NCBI GenBank assembly: GCA_017548275.1
Contig: JAFZAH010000040.1
Location: 264,320 to 328,319, forward strand
Origin: Prevotella sp.
GTDB taxonomy: Bacteria > Bacteroidota > Bacteroidia > Bacteroidales > Bacteroidaceae
DNA: 64,000 nucleotides
Reading direction: 5' to 3'
The first letter of the stretch is position 1. Each line of letters starts with the position of its first letter. The notes beneath the pieces are model-generated. The model saw only the letters and a list, made by a program, of their open reading frames with translations, had not been told where the DNA came from and did not search any database. Of this stretch, positions 49,459-57,642 are shown piece by piece. The position numbers and the translations under genes were made by a program.

Positions 49459-49484
49459 CACACAGATGTTATTTGAAACAACAC

Positions 49485-49550
49485 AGTGGCTGCCGTAGTG
49501 ACGGATTACTTCGATCCTGACATGAAAACCGTTACAATTGTTGCGCCACT
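49485..49550 (+). ncRNA. Putative Y-like RNA, copy 1 (66 nt)
   Basis: Closing stem AGUGGC/GCCACU; U-GCCGUAG; inner stem GUGACGG/CCGUUAC; UACUUCG. Confidence 0.75.
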
Positions 49551-49559
49551 TTCCATATA

Positions 49560-49725
49560 ATCAGTTGCCGTAGTGGAGGAATACTTCGGCGTTGGCCTGA
49601 AGACAGCCAAGATGTATATCTGGAAACAGTTGTCATCTAAGGAGTGCGAAACGCTCACTGGCCATAGGGTTGACCTCTAAGTCATAAGACTTGGTATAAT
49701 ATCCTTTACGAATTATTGCACTGAT
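49560..49725 (+). ncRNA. Putative Y-like RNA, copy 2 (166 nt, multi-hairpin insert)
   Basis: Closing stem AUCAGU/ACUGAU; U-GCCGUAG; inner stem GUGGAGGA/UCCUUUAC; UACUUCG; several internal hairpins. Confidence 0.78.
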
Positions 49726-49798
49726 AAACAAACCATGCTGTACGGCATTGCCCTTTATGGGGAATCCTGCTTTGCCAAGGCAGCATGTGTCCAGAGGT

Positions 49799-49900
49799 GA
49801 TGGTTCCCTCTCGATTGCCGTTGATGAGAATTTCTTCGTACCCAGAAGGACTATTTGGATGAGCGTAAGGTCTCATAGATTATTGCATAGGAAAACCATC
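49799..49900 (+). ncRNA. Putative Y-like RNA, copy 3 (about 102 nt)
   Basis: Closing stem GAUGGUU/AACCAUC; U-GCCGUUG; inner stem AUGAGA/UCUCAU; UUCUUCG; 3' AUUAUUGC. Confidence 0.68.
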
Positions 49901-49909
49901 GAAACACAT

Positions 49910-49975
49910 CAAACCAGTTGCCATAGCAGATATCTATTTTGAGAAATATCTCAACAATGCCCGCCGAATGGTTTG
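49910..49975 (+). ncRNA. Putative Y-like RNA, copy 4 (degenerate or minimal)
   Basis: Closing stem CAAACCA/UGGUUUG; U-GCCAUAG; inner stem AGAUAU/AUAUCU; UAUUUUG at the same offset. Confidence 0.5.
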
Positions 49976-50051
49976 GCTTAAGTGCCATGACGAGCAAAAA
50001 AACTACGATAATGCGCTGGTATTTCATTGAAAACATAAATATAGAAGAAAA

Positions 50052-51599
50052 ATGAGCAAGTTTAACACTATCATCAAGGAACAATCTGTGACTCTGAACC
50101 ATGAAGGAGCAGAAGCATACAGATTGTCAGCAGAAATGGAGTTGTATACCGCCGTCGTTACAACCTCCTTAAGCGACAAGTATTATGAGACGGCAGATGA
50201 ACGTATAGAGCGAATTGCCAACCTTGTCGGCAAGTGTGATGCTCGTTTCGTTGCCCAACTGGCTGTATATGCACGCACAGAGATGAATCTGCGTTCTGTT
50301 CCCCTTTTACTTGTGGTGGAATTGGCAAAGCATCACAGTGGAGATAATCTGGTAAGTAAGACAGTGGAAAAAGTGGTTCTTCGTGCTGACGAGATAATGG
50401 AACTACTACATTGCTATCAATGGCGCAACAGTCATAATGTGTCAGAAGCTTATGGAAGTGCCCCCACGAAGAAACTCGCCAAGCTCTCACACCAAATTCA
50501 GGTAGGGTTGCAGAGAGCATTTAACAAGTTTGATGAATATCAGTTTGCCAAATACGACAGGAGTAACCTTGAAGTGAAACTTCGTGACGCATTGTTTATC
50601 GTTCACCCTAAAGCAAAGGATAATGCACAGCAGGAGTTGTTCAACAAGATTACTAACAAAACCTTGGAAACACCCTACACATGGGAAACAGAGCTGTCTG
50701 CACTTGGACAGCAGAAGTATAGGACAAGCGAAGAAAGACAAAGGGCTTTTGCCGAGAAATGGGAAGAACTCATCGCCAGCGGAAAACTTGGCTACATGGC
50801 AATGCTTCGCAACCTTCGCAACTTCCTTGAAAATGATGTCGCGAGAGAATCGCTTGTTGACGTGGCCAACCGGCTCAGCGACGAACGTGAGGTAATACGC
50901 TCTAAGCAGTTTCCATTCCGTTTCCTTTCCGCCTATCGCGAATTGCTTGGTGTTAGCAGCGGAAACACACAATTACTGATGGATGCTCTTGAAAGAGCCA
51001 TACTGGCATCAGGTAAGAACATCACAGGCTTCAATGAACACACCCGCGTGTTGCTGGCATGCGATGTATCCGGGTCAATGTATTCACCTATAAATCCCAA
51101 GAGTTCTGTGAAGAACTACGACATCGGACTTGTATTGGCCATGTTGTTGAAGAGCCGTTGCGAGAATGTCATCAGCGGTATTTTCGGAAATGACTGGAAA
51201 GTGGTGAACCTGCCTTCAACAAGCATCTTAAGCAACGTAGAACAGTTGTATAAGCGTGAAGGTGAAGTTGGATATGCAACCAACGGTTACAAGGTCATCA
51301 GATATCTGAACGAAGAGAATATTGCCATGGACAAAGTGATGATGTTTACCGACTGTCAGATGTGGGACAACAGCGGAAATGACCAAACTATTCGCAAGGA
51401 ATGGGACAAGTATAAGCAGATTGCCCCAAATGCCAAACTTTATCTTTTCGACCTTAGTGGATATGGCACCACACCTCTGGATATTGTACGTGATGACGTA
51501 GTCCTCATCGGAGGCTGGAGTGACCGTATTTTTGATATACTTGGTGCCATTGAGAATGGCTCGAATGCGCTGGCAGAAATCAGAAAGATTGAGATTTGA
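50052..51599 (+). CDS. rsr: Ro60/Rsr TROVE-domain RNA-binding protein with C-terminal vWA domain
   Basis: NHEGAEAY, YARTEMNLRS, YTWE, MAMLRNLRN, PFRFLSAY, MIDAS DVSGSM, FTDCQ, GGWSD. Confidence 0.93.
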   Translation: MSKFNTIIKEQSVTLNHEGAEAYRLSAEMELYTAVVTTSLSDKYYETADERIERIANLVGKCDARFVAQLAVYARTEMNLRSVPLLLVVELAKHHSGDNLVSKTVEKVVLRADEIMELLHCYQWRNSHNVSEAYGSAPTKKLAKLSHQIQVGLQRAFNKFDEYQFAKYDRSNLEVKLRDALFIVHPKAKDNAQQELFNKITNKTLETPYTWETELSALGQQKYRTSEERQRAFAEKWEELIASGKLGYMAMLRNLRNFLENDVARESLVDVANRLSDEREVIRSKQFPFRFLSAYRELLGVSSGNTQLLMDALERAILASGKNITGFNEHTRVLLACDVSGSMYSPINPKSSVKNYDIGLVLAMLLKSRCENVISGIFGNDWKVVNLPSTSILSNVEQLYKREGEVGYATNGYKVIRYLNEENIAMDKVMMFTDCQMWDNSGNDQTIRKEWDKYKQIAPNAKLYLFDLSGYGTTPLDIVRDDVVLIGGWSDRIFDILGAIENGSNALAEIRKIEI

Positions 51600-51606
51600 G
51601 AATAAC

Positions 51607-51683
51607 AGGCAGTTGCCGTAGCAAGAGGTTACTTCGGAATGCTCAGATACCATTTTACACCCATTGCGAATATAGCACTGCCT
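51607..51683 (+). ncRNA. Putative Y-like RNA, copy 5 (77 nt)
   Basis: Closing stem AGGCAGU/ACUGCCU; U-GCCGUAG; GCAA..GG/CC..UUGC; UACUUCG. Confidence 0.75.
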
Positions 51684-51724
51684 TTATTCATCTTTTTCGG
51701 TAACAGACCGAACATCTCGTGAGA

Positions 51725-51769
51725 AAGGGAACTATATACCTGTTGATTCAATAGGAATATAGTTCCCTT
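51725..51769. terminator. Long hairpin between the convergent Ro60 unit and GNAT gene
   Basis: AAGGGAACTATAT.CCTGTTGA/TCAATAGG.ATATAGTTCCCTT. Confidence 0.75.
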
Positions 51770-51772
51770 ATT

Positions 51773-52204
51773 TCATATACGCTTCTCCATTCTGTAGCAA
51801 GTGAAAGTCTCTCCTTCTATCTTCAGATTAAGATTTGGAACGTATCCCAATGACTCGTAGAAAGGGATCTTGTTATCACGGCTTTCCACGACAGCAGTCG
51901 TAAAACCGAGTTCTTTGGCCCAAGACTCAGCTTCTTTAACTACAAGAGAACCTATGCCCTGATGTCGATATTCAGGTAATACAACGATACGCCCCAGCAT
52001 CATACGGGTACTACTTTCAGGATATAGACGGCATGTGGCTACAGGCAGATAATCGTCAACCGCCACAATATATTTTGTGTCAAGCGTGTCATGTTCGTCA
52101 AACTCCACATTAAGCGGTATCTGATGTTTTCTGGCCATTGCCTGAATACGGACATAATAAGCGCCTGCGCGTCCTGCTGTCGTTGTCGCCCTTAGTATTT
52201 CCAT
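51773..52204 (-). CDS. GNAT family N-acetyltransferase
   Basis: EFDEHD, GRIVVLPEYRHQGIG, FYESLGY. Confidence 0.92.
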   Translation of the reverse strand: MEILRATTTAGRAGAYYVRIQAMARKHQIPLNVEFDEHDTLDTKYIVAVDDYLPVATCRLYPESSTRMMLGRIVVLPEYRHQGIGSLVVKEAESWAKELGFTTAVVESRDNKIPFYESLGYVPNLNLKIEGETFTCYRMEKRI

Positions 52205-52268
52205 TGAATACGTTTATTCGTTTGTTAATAACTTCAGAAAATCGAATTAGAGAAGATACACCGGGTAT

Positions 52269-53393
52269 TTATTCCTCCAACGTCTGCACGACCTCTTCGA
52301 GCAAGGATATAATAGGAAGATGTTGCGGACAGGCATCCTCGCACTGGCCACATTGAACACAAGCCGACGCCCTCTCTCCACCAGGTCGCCATTTATATTC
52401 ATTACGTGCCTCATTCAGGTTGCCATACATCTTGTACACGTTCATCACTGCGAAAATCTCAGGGATGTGAATCTCCATAGGACAGCCCGGTGTACAGTAA
52501 TGGCATGCGGTGCAGGAAATGCCAACATACTTCTGTAAGGCTTGAACGGCAGTCTCCAACACGCCACGCTCCTCGTCACTCAGCGATTGGAACTGGCGCA
52601 TATACGAGACATTATCATCCATCTGCTCCTTGTTAGACATGCCACTAAGCACCATCATCACATTGGCCAATGAAGCCGTGAAACGGATGGCCCACGAAGC
52701 GAATGACGCATCGGGATTGGCGTTTTTCAAGATATCTTTTACCTCTTGAGGAGGGTCAGCCAATTTTCCACCTTTCACCGGTTCCATCACGATAACTGGC
52801 GTGTTATGCTTTGTAGCCACTTCATAGCATTGGCGCGAACAGACAAGAGGGTCATCCCAGTCGGAATAATTGATTTGTAGTTGTACGAACTCTGCCTCAG
52901 GATGCTCTGTGAGGATTTCGTCGAGGTGTTCGGGAGTTGAGTGGAATGAGAAACCATAATGACGAATCAGTCCTTCTTCCTTAAGTTTTCTCATATAATC
53001 CCAAATTCCGTATTGTTTGAATTTCTCCTTATTCCCTTCATCGATACCATGAAGGAGATAGAAATCGAAATACCCCGCTCCCGTACGTTCAAGACTGACT
53101 TTGATTTCGTCTTTGGCCTCCTCCTCACTTTTGCATGCGAACTCAGAGGCGTTGAGTTTATCGGCCAGATAATAACTTTCGCGGGGGTAACGGTCGCAGA
53201 GCGCAACCTTGGTGGCCGCTTCCGACCCATCGTACACATAGGCGGTGTCAAAATATCTGCCACCAGCCCCAATGAAAGCATCCACCATCTTCTTGGTATG
53301 TTCCAAGTCAATATCTTTCGTGCCATCGATTCTGGGCAATCGCATCATGCCGAAACCCAGTTTCATACAGTTGTCAATAAGTGTATTTTCCAT
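52269..53393 (-). CDS. Aldo/keto reductase with C-terminal Fe-S domain
   Basis: LGFGMMRLP, FDTAYVY, CTACHYC.PGCP, CVQCGQCEDACPQ. Confidence 0.92.
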   Translation of the reverse strand: MENTLIDNCMKLGFGMMRLPRIDGTKDIDLEHTKKMVDAFIGAGGRYFDTAYVYDGSEAATKVALCDRYPRESYYLADKLNASEFACKSEEEAKDEIKVSLERTGAGYFDFYLLHGIDEGNKEKFKQYGIWDYMRKLKEEGLIRHYGFSFHSTPEHLDEILTEHPEAEFVQLQINYSDWDDPLVCSRQCYEVATKHNTPVIVMEPVKGGKLADPPQEVKDILKNANPDASFASWAIRFTASLANVMMVLSGMSNKEQMDDNVSYMRQFQSLSDEERGVLETAVQALQKYVGISCTACHYCTPGCPMEIHIPEIFAVMNVYKMYGNLNEARNEYKWRPGGERASACVQCGQCEDACPQHLPIISLLEEVVQTLEE

Positions 53394-53411
53394 GTTAGAA
53401 ATCGAATATGT

Positions 53412-53732
53412 TTATAAGTTTTTCTTGTTTGTATCGGCAAATTCCTGCAAGCGGGAGTTTAATTCGTCACAGTCTGAGAGAAGATTCCACACTGCATCCT
53501 CGGAGAGTACGCCGCGTTTGAGGTCATTTGGCAGAAGTCCGGCCTCATCATCGACAAAATCTTTACGCCATAAATCACCTCCATAATAATCATTAAGCAC
53601 AGCGATGGCATCTTGCACCTCCTCATATTTATCGAGTGCCGCAGAAAGTCGTTTGACGGCAATAGAAACACGGTTTAACAGGGTTTCCATCTGCCGGACA
53701 CGTTTGATTTGTTCAATTTGCTCTTTACTCAT
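53412..53732 (-). CDS. DUF4298-like protein
   Basis: YY...W..DF..DEAG.LP..LKRGVLSEDAVWN. Confidence 0.75.
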   Translation of the reverse strand: MSKEQIEQIKRVRQMETLLNRVSIAVKRLSAALDKYEEVQDAIAVLNDYYGGDLWRKDFVDDEAGLLPNDLKRGVLSEDAVWNLLSDCDELNSRLQEFADTNKKNL

Positions 53733-53789
53733 GATTTGATTATCAGATGATTTTGAACTTTGTCATTGAAATAATAGAACCATATATGA

Positions 53790-55334
53790 TTACCGCTTAA
53801 CTATCTTTGTCACATTATCCGCATTCTTTGCCAAATATATGCCACGAGGCAACCGGGAGAAATCATTTCCGAGATACCTTCCACTGATGTCATAGAATGT
53901 TTTGTCCTTTCCGTTAGACGGAGGGAGCAATTCCTCTATCCCGACCGTTGCGCCTTGGAAACAGAATGCCGCCAAGCCATCAACGACATCCATGTCCGTC
54001 AATGGTTTTGACATGAAGAACGTGCCGTCAGTATTGGCATTATTTAGAGTGGCAGCCGGTTGCGATGTATTGGTCAGTTCATTATTTCCATTATACGGAT
54101 AAGCCCAACCGCGGGCATACATCGGGACAGCAGAGGGCTTGTTGTTGGCCGGGAAAATCGTGTATCGTTCACAGGATGAAGTGTTAGGCATCTCCTTCAT
54201 AAACACTTGTTCATCATAATCAACATGGAAAATGACGATGCCACTGCCCGGAAGGTCTGTATCCCAGTCATTTTGTTGGCGGTTTTCAAGAATATAATAC
54301 TCATCGGGGTGCCCGTCGTTGCGGATGAGATAAGCCATCGGCTCCTCGTTGAGTGAGACCATACCGTCTACGGTTGTTTCTGCAGTCAATTCTTCGGGTG
54401 TCATCCATCCCATATAGGTCCGTTCAAAAGCAGAATATCCGCAAGGCCGAAATCCGTTGTTGTTGTAGCATCCATAGTCCATGAGATCCCAAGCGTCAAC
54501 ATAACTCGTGTTGCCATTATAGAAATCAGGAAATCCGAAACAATGACTGTACTCGTGGCAAATAGTGCCAAAGACACCATAACTGTTATCACTGAAGAGT
54601 TCCTGCACACAGCAATAGCAATCAACAGTATATTCTGTCCCGTCGCCGCTTGTCACCGTGATGGCTTCGCAGTAATCGTGCTTGCTTAGCCACCACTGAT
54701 GGGGCCAGATGGTATTTCTTCCGCCTCCTGCATTTTGTCCTTTTCCAGCATAGACAATAAGCAACTGATCGACATAACCATCACCGTCCCAATCGTACTG
54801 TCCCCAGTCATCCACCTCGCTTTTCAGACTCTCTACGACCTCTTGAACCATGTATTTCGAGTTCTCGTCATCAGAACTGGTGCTTCTGTATTTGTCCATG
54901 CTATCACTAAGCGAGACATAATGAAGGTCGAACGTGAGGCGGAACTGACCATAACTTTGGTCATAGAAATAATCATGGACAGACCCGCAAAACGGTTCCT
55001 CCTGAAATTTCTTCGCATTGAAAATCTTTCCCCAAAGTTCCAGTGTCTGCTCTTTGTCACCTATAAATGTTTTGTCAGCAAAATCGACCATGATAACCAG
55101 TTGACGTCTGTCTCCCGTCCATCGGTTTTCGCTTTCTGCCCTGCGAGCTATATGTTTATCACTGCTCAGAACGGCCGGAACACGAAAAGATGAAGCAGCA
55201 TGAGCCGGAATACCTTTCTGTTGCAACCGGGGTCGGCAATTGCGCTTAGGGATTGAGTCTTCCGCAATAACCGCCAACGAGACAGAGAATAGCAGGCATA
55301 CCGCCAACAATATCTTTAATTGTTCTTTCAACAT
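53790..55334 (-). CDS. M6 family (immune inhibitor A-like) metalloprotease, T9SS cargo
   Basis: IWPH.W, HEYSHCFGFPDFY, WDLMDYG, C-terminal YDISGR. Confidence 0.9.
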   Translation of the reverse strand: MLKEQLKILLAVCLLFSVSLAVIAEDSIPKRNCRPRLQQKGIPAHAASSFRVPAVLSSDKHIARRAESENRWTGDRRQLVIMVDFADKTFIGDKEQTLELWGKIFNAKKFQEEPFCGSVHDYFYDQSYGQFRLTFDLHYVSLSDSMDKYRSTSSDDENSKYMVQEVVESLKSEVDDWGQYDWDGDGYVDQLLIVYAGKGQNAGGGRNTIWPHQWWLSKHDYCEAITVTSGDGTEYTVDCYCCVQELFSDNSYGVFGTICHEYSHCFGFPDFYNGNTSYVDAWDLMDYGCYNNNGFRPCGYSAFERTYMGWMTPEELTAETTVDGMVSLNEEPMAYLIRNDGHPDEYYILENRQQNDWDTDLPGSGIVIFHVDYDEQVFMKEMPNTSSCERYTIFPANNKPSAVPMYARGWAYPYNGNNELTNTSQPAATLNNANTDGTFFMSKPLTDMDVVDGLAAFCFQGATVGIEELLPPSNGKDKTFYDISGRYLGNDFSRLPRGIYLAKNADNVTKIVKR

Positions 55335-55490
55335 GATATAACAAATTAATATGAATAATTACTGCAAAAATAAATAAAAGAATTAAAATGTCAACAGAAA
55401 CGGCCGGAAAAAACATTTAGGGTCATCAACTGGTAATGATCATTGCATTTTTACATTACCATTTATTCAAATTTGATATTCATCGTCCTT

Positions 55491-55904
55491 TTACATAAAC
55501 GACATAGGCAGACATACGTTTGGCAATCCGATGGCCTCTACGAACAAAGGAGCGATTTCCTGGTCTCTGAAACCCGCTATACCACAACCGATACGTGTCA
55601 CATAGAAAAACAACTCATGGTGTTGTTTTGCAAATGATATGAATTGGTCAACGTAGGGTTTGATGGTTTCCACTCCGCCTTGCATCGTTGGAATGGCATA
55701 ACTCTGTCCTTGTAATCCAACACCTTGTCCCCATACAGCACCGAAACGGTTAACAGCAGCCCTTGCCGCCCCGCCAGCGTGCATTCCGCGAAGATTGCTG
55801 CCAAACACAAAGACCTCGTCCGGTTTCAACACGGAGATGGCTTCAGGTGTATATAACGGCCGGGGGATGCCATTATAATCACGTGTCTCAATTTGTTCTA
55901 TCAT
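55491..55904 (-). CDS. Small conserved protein of a phage-associated macrodomain-like family
   Basis: VFVFGSN..G.H.GGAA, SYAIPT, FYVTRIGCGIAG. Confidence 0.7.
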   Translation of the reverse strand: MIEQIETRDYNGIPRPLYTPEAISVLKPDEVFVFGSNLRGMHAGGAARAAVNRFGAVWGQGVGLQGQSYAIPTMQGGVETIKPYVDQFISFAKQHHELFFYVTRIGCGIAGFRDQEIAPLFVEAIGLPNVCLPMSFM

Positions 55905-55964
55905 AATCTTTGATATTTTAATATGTGGTACTAAATACAATCAATTTACTTACATAAAACCTTG

Positions 55965-56480
55965 TCATTTCTTATCCTTCGCATTCTTTGCAAATTCAAA
56001 AAGTGACAGGGGAAGATGGCAATAACCATTAGGATTCTTTTCGAGATAGTCTTGGTGATACTCCTCCGCACAATAGAAATTATTCAGCGGCAATTTCTCA
56101 ACAGCGAACGGTTGCTGACAGTGTTTCTGCTCATCGGCATAAACCTTATCTATTATTTTCAAATCATCAGCATCCGTATAGTAGATACCTGTGCGATAAC
56201 GTGTACCTTCATCGTGCCCCTGACGGTTGACACTCACCGGGTCGATAGCCTTGAAAAACATGCGCAACAGGAATTTAAGGCTCACAATATCAGGGTCATA
56301 CTTAACATGAACAGTCTCGGCATAACCCGTCGTATCGGTATAAACCTCTTTATAGGTAGGATTTTTGGTGTGGCCATTAGCGAAACCCACTTCCGTTTCC
56401 ACTACACCTTCTATCTGCTTGAAATAGTGCTCTGTTCCCCAGAAGCAACCACCAGCCATATATATGTCTTTTAAGTTCAC
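55965..56480 (-). CDS. msrA: Peptide-methionine (S)-S-oxide reductase (GTG start)
   Basis: AGGCFWG, YRTGIYY, AEEYHQDYL. Confidence 0.93.
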   Translation of the reverse strand: MNLKDIYMAGGCFWGTEHYFKQIEGVVETEVGFANGHTKNPTYKEVYTDTTGYAETVHVKYDPDIVSLKFLLRMFFKAIDPVSVNRQGHDEGTRYRTGIYYTDADDLKIIDKVYADEQKHCQQPFAVEKLPLNNFYCAEEYHQDYLEKNPNGYCHLPLSLFEFAKNAKDKK

Positions 56481-56493
56481 TTTATCAATATGT

Positions 56494-56928
56494 TTATTGA
56501 TTCGTAGGTTTCCATACATACAAGCCCTCTGAAGCGGCCAATTCACGTACCATTTGTAATAAGTCTTCGTGCGGATTGTATAATGCCATGGAATGTTCAT
56601 CACCGTAGAATCCGAAGACGGCATCTTCAGACTCGATTATCGCATACACTATTTCCCCAGATGACATCCACCCGGTTATCAACTCGGGTTGAGGGTTAAA
56701 TATCTGTTCATCTAAAACATTATATAAAGAAATGTCATAATAACAGTTCAATTTTATCAAAAGGTTGCAGTATTTCTTGCAGATTTCATCAAATTGAGGT
56801 TGTCGTAAGAAATACTCCTCTATTTTGAAATATTGTCCACCACCATTTGCAGGAACTTGTTTGGGTAGTATGTCAATCACCCAATAGGGTTTACTCAGAC
56901 ATTCATCAATGATGCTGTTGTTTTCCAT
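56494..56928 (-). CDS. Hypothetical protein
   Basis: 144-aa ORF tightly packed in the operon. Confidence 0.7.
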   Translation of the reverse strand: MENNSIIDECLSKPYWVIDILPKQVPANGGGQYFKIEEYFLRQPQFDEICKKYCNLLIKLNCYYDISLYNVLDEQIFNPQPELITGWMSSGEIVYAIIESEDAVFGFYGDEHSMALYNPHEDLLQMVRELAASEGLYVWKPTNQ

Positions 56929-56931
56929 CTT

Positions 56932-57642
56932 CTATTTTTTTGTGATTATCGCTAAATAGTCGTCGTTTTCACCCTCGACCACCACTTCAACCTCATATCC
57001 GTTCTCCCCTGCTATTTTCGCCAATGTGTCAGCATCAATAAAGAGCCAAGAGAATGGTTCTCCGACAGTGTCTTTATACTGCATCGTGTATTTCATCTCA
57101 CCATAATAATGACCAGTTTCAGGATATTCAATAAAACCGTCTTCGTCTTCAAATACATAACTAATGTCGGATGAATCACACAGCAGTTGTCCGCCAGGTG
57201 CTAAAATCTTGTCGAGTTGACGAAAGAAATCCGGCAATCGTTCTATCGTGCCGACAATCCCTATTCCATTCATTAGCATGAGAATAGTATCATACTGACC
57301 AGTGAGCATGAAGAAATCCTGCTCTATCACATTCTTCACCCCCTGTTTTCTCATGGTTTCTATTGACAAGGGGGAAATGTCTATGGCGGCTACGTCAAGG
57401 CCTCGTTTCTGAAGAACTAGAGAATGGCAACCTGAACCGGCACCGACATCAAGCACTCGGCCTTGTGCCATGTCAAGCGCCATCTGCTCTATTGCAGGCA
57501 TATCCTCATATTCACGGAAGAGCACCGTCACAGGTATCTCGTCCTCGTCAAACATAGGAGAGAATACTCTTAACCTGTCTGCCTTCCGGTTTTTCCAATA
57601 GTCAGCGATGGCTCTTCCCATCGGGTCGTTCATCTTGTTCAT
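56932..57642 (-). CDS. Class I SAM-dependent methyltransferase
   Basis: VLDVGAGSG, AIDISP, LAPGGQ. Confidence 0.9.
   Translation of the reverse strand: MNKMNDPMGRAIADYWKNRKADRLRVFSPMFDEDEIPVTVLFREYEDMPAIEQMALDMAQGRVLDVGAGSGCHSLVLQKRGLDVAAIDISPLSIETMRKQGVKNVIEQDFFMLTGQYDTILMLMNGIGIVGTIERLPDFFRQLDKILAPGGQLLCDSSDISYVFEDEDGFIEYPETGHYYGEMKYTMQYKDTVGEPFSWLFIDADTLAKIAGENGYEVEVVVEGENDDYLAIITKK

Noticed and set aside
49446-49460. Sigma-54 promoter (TGGCA...TTGCA) as in rtc operons
   Set aside because: GG-to-GC spacing is 9 nt rather than the required 10; a TAnnTTTG box explains it better.
49485-49975. CRISPR-array reading of the repeated motif
   Set aside because: Units are degenerate, irregularly spaced (75, 250 and 103 bp), bipartite with pairing ends, and no cas genes are present.
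49748-50102. Short ORFs 49748-49942 (+) and 49851-50102 (-)
   Set aside because: No recognisable motifs and weak starts; they overlap the structured RNA copies or the Ro60 start.
46263-55400. Genomic island integrated at tRNA-His
   Set aside because: Accessory-looking genes follow the tRNA, but I found no integrase and no duplicate of the tRNA 3' end.
56481-56624. N-terminal extension of MsrA
   Set aside because: It overlaps the upstream gene; GTG at 56480 gives a standard MsrA.
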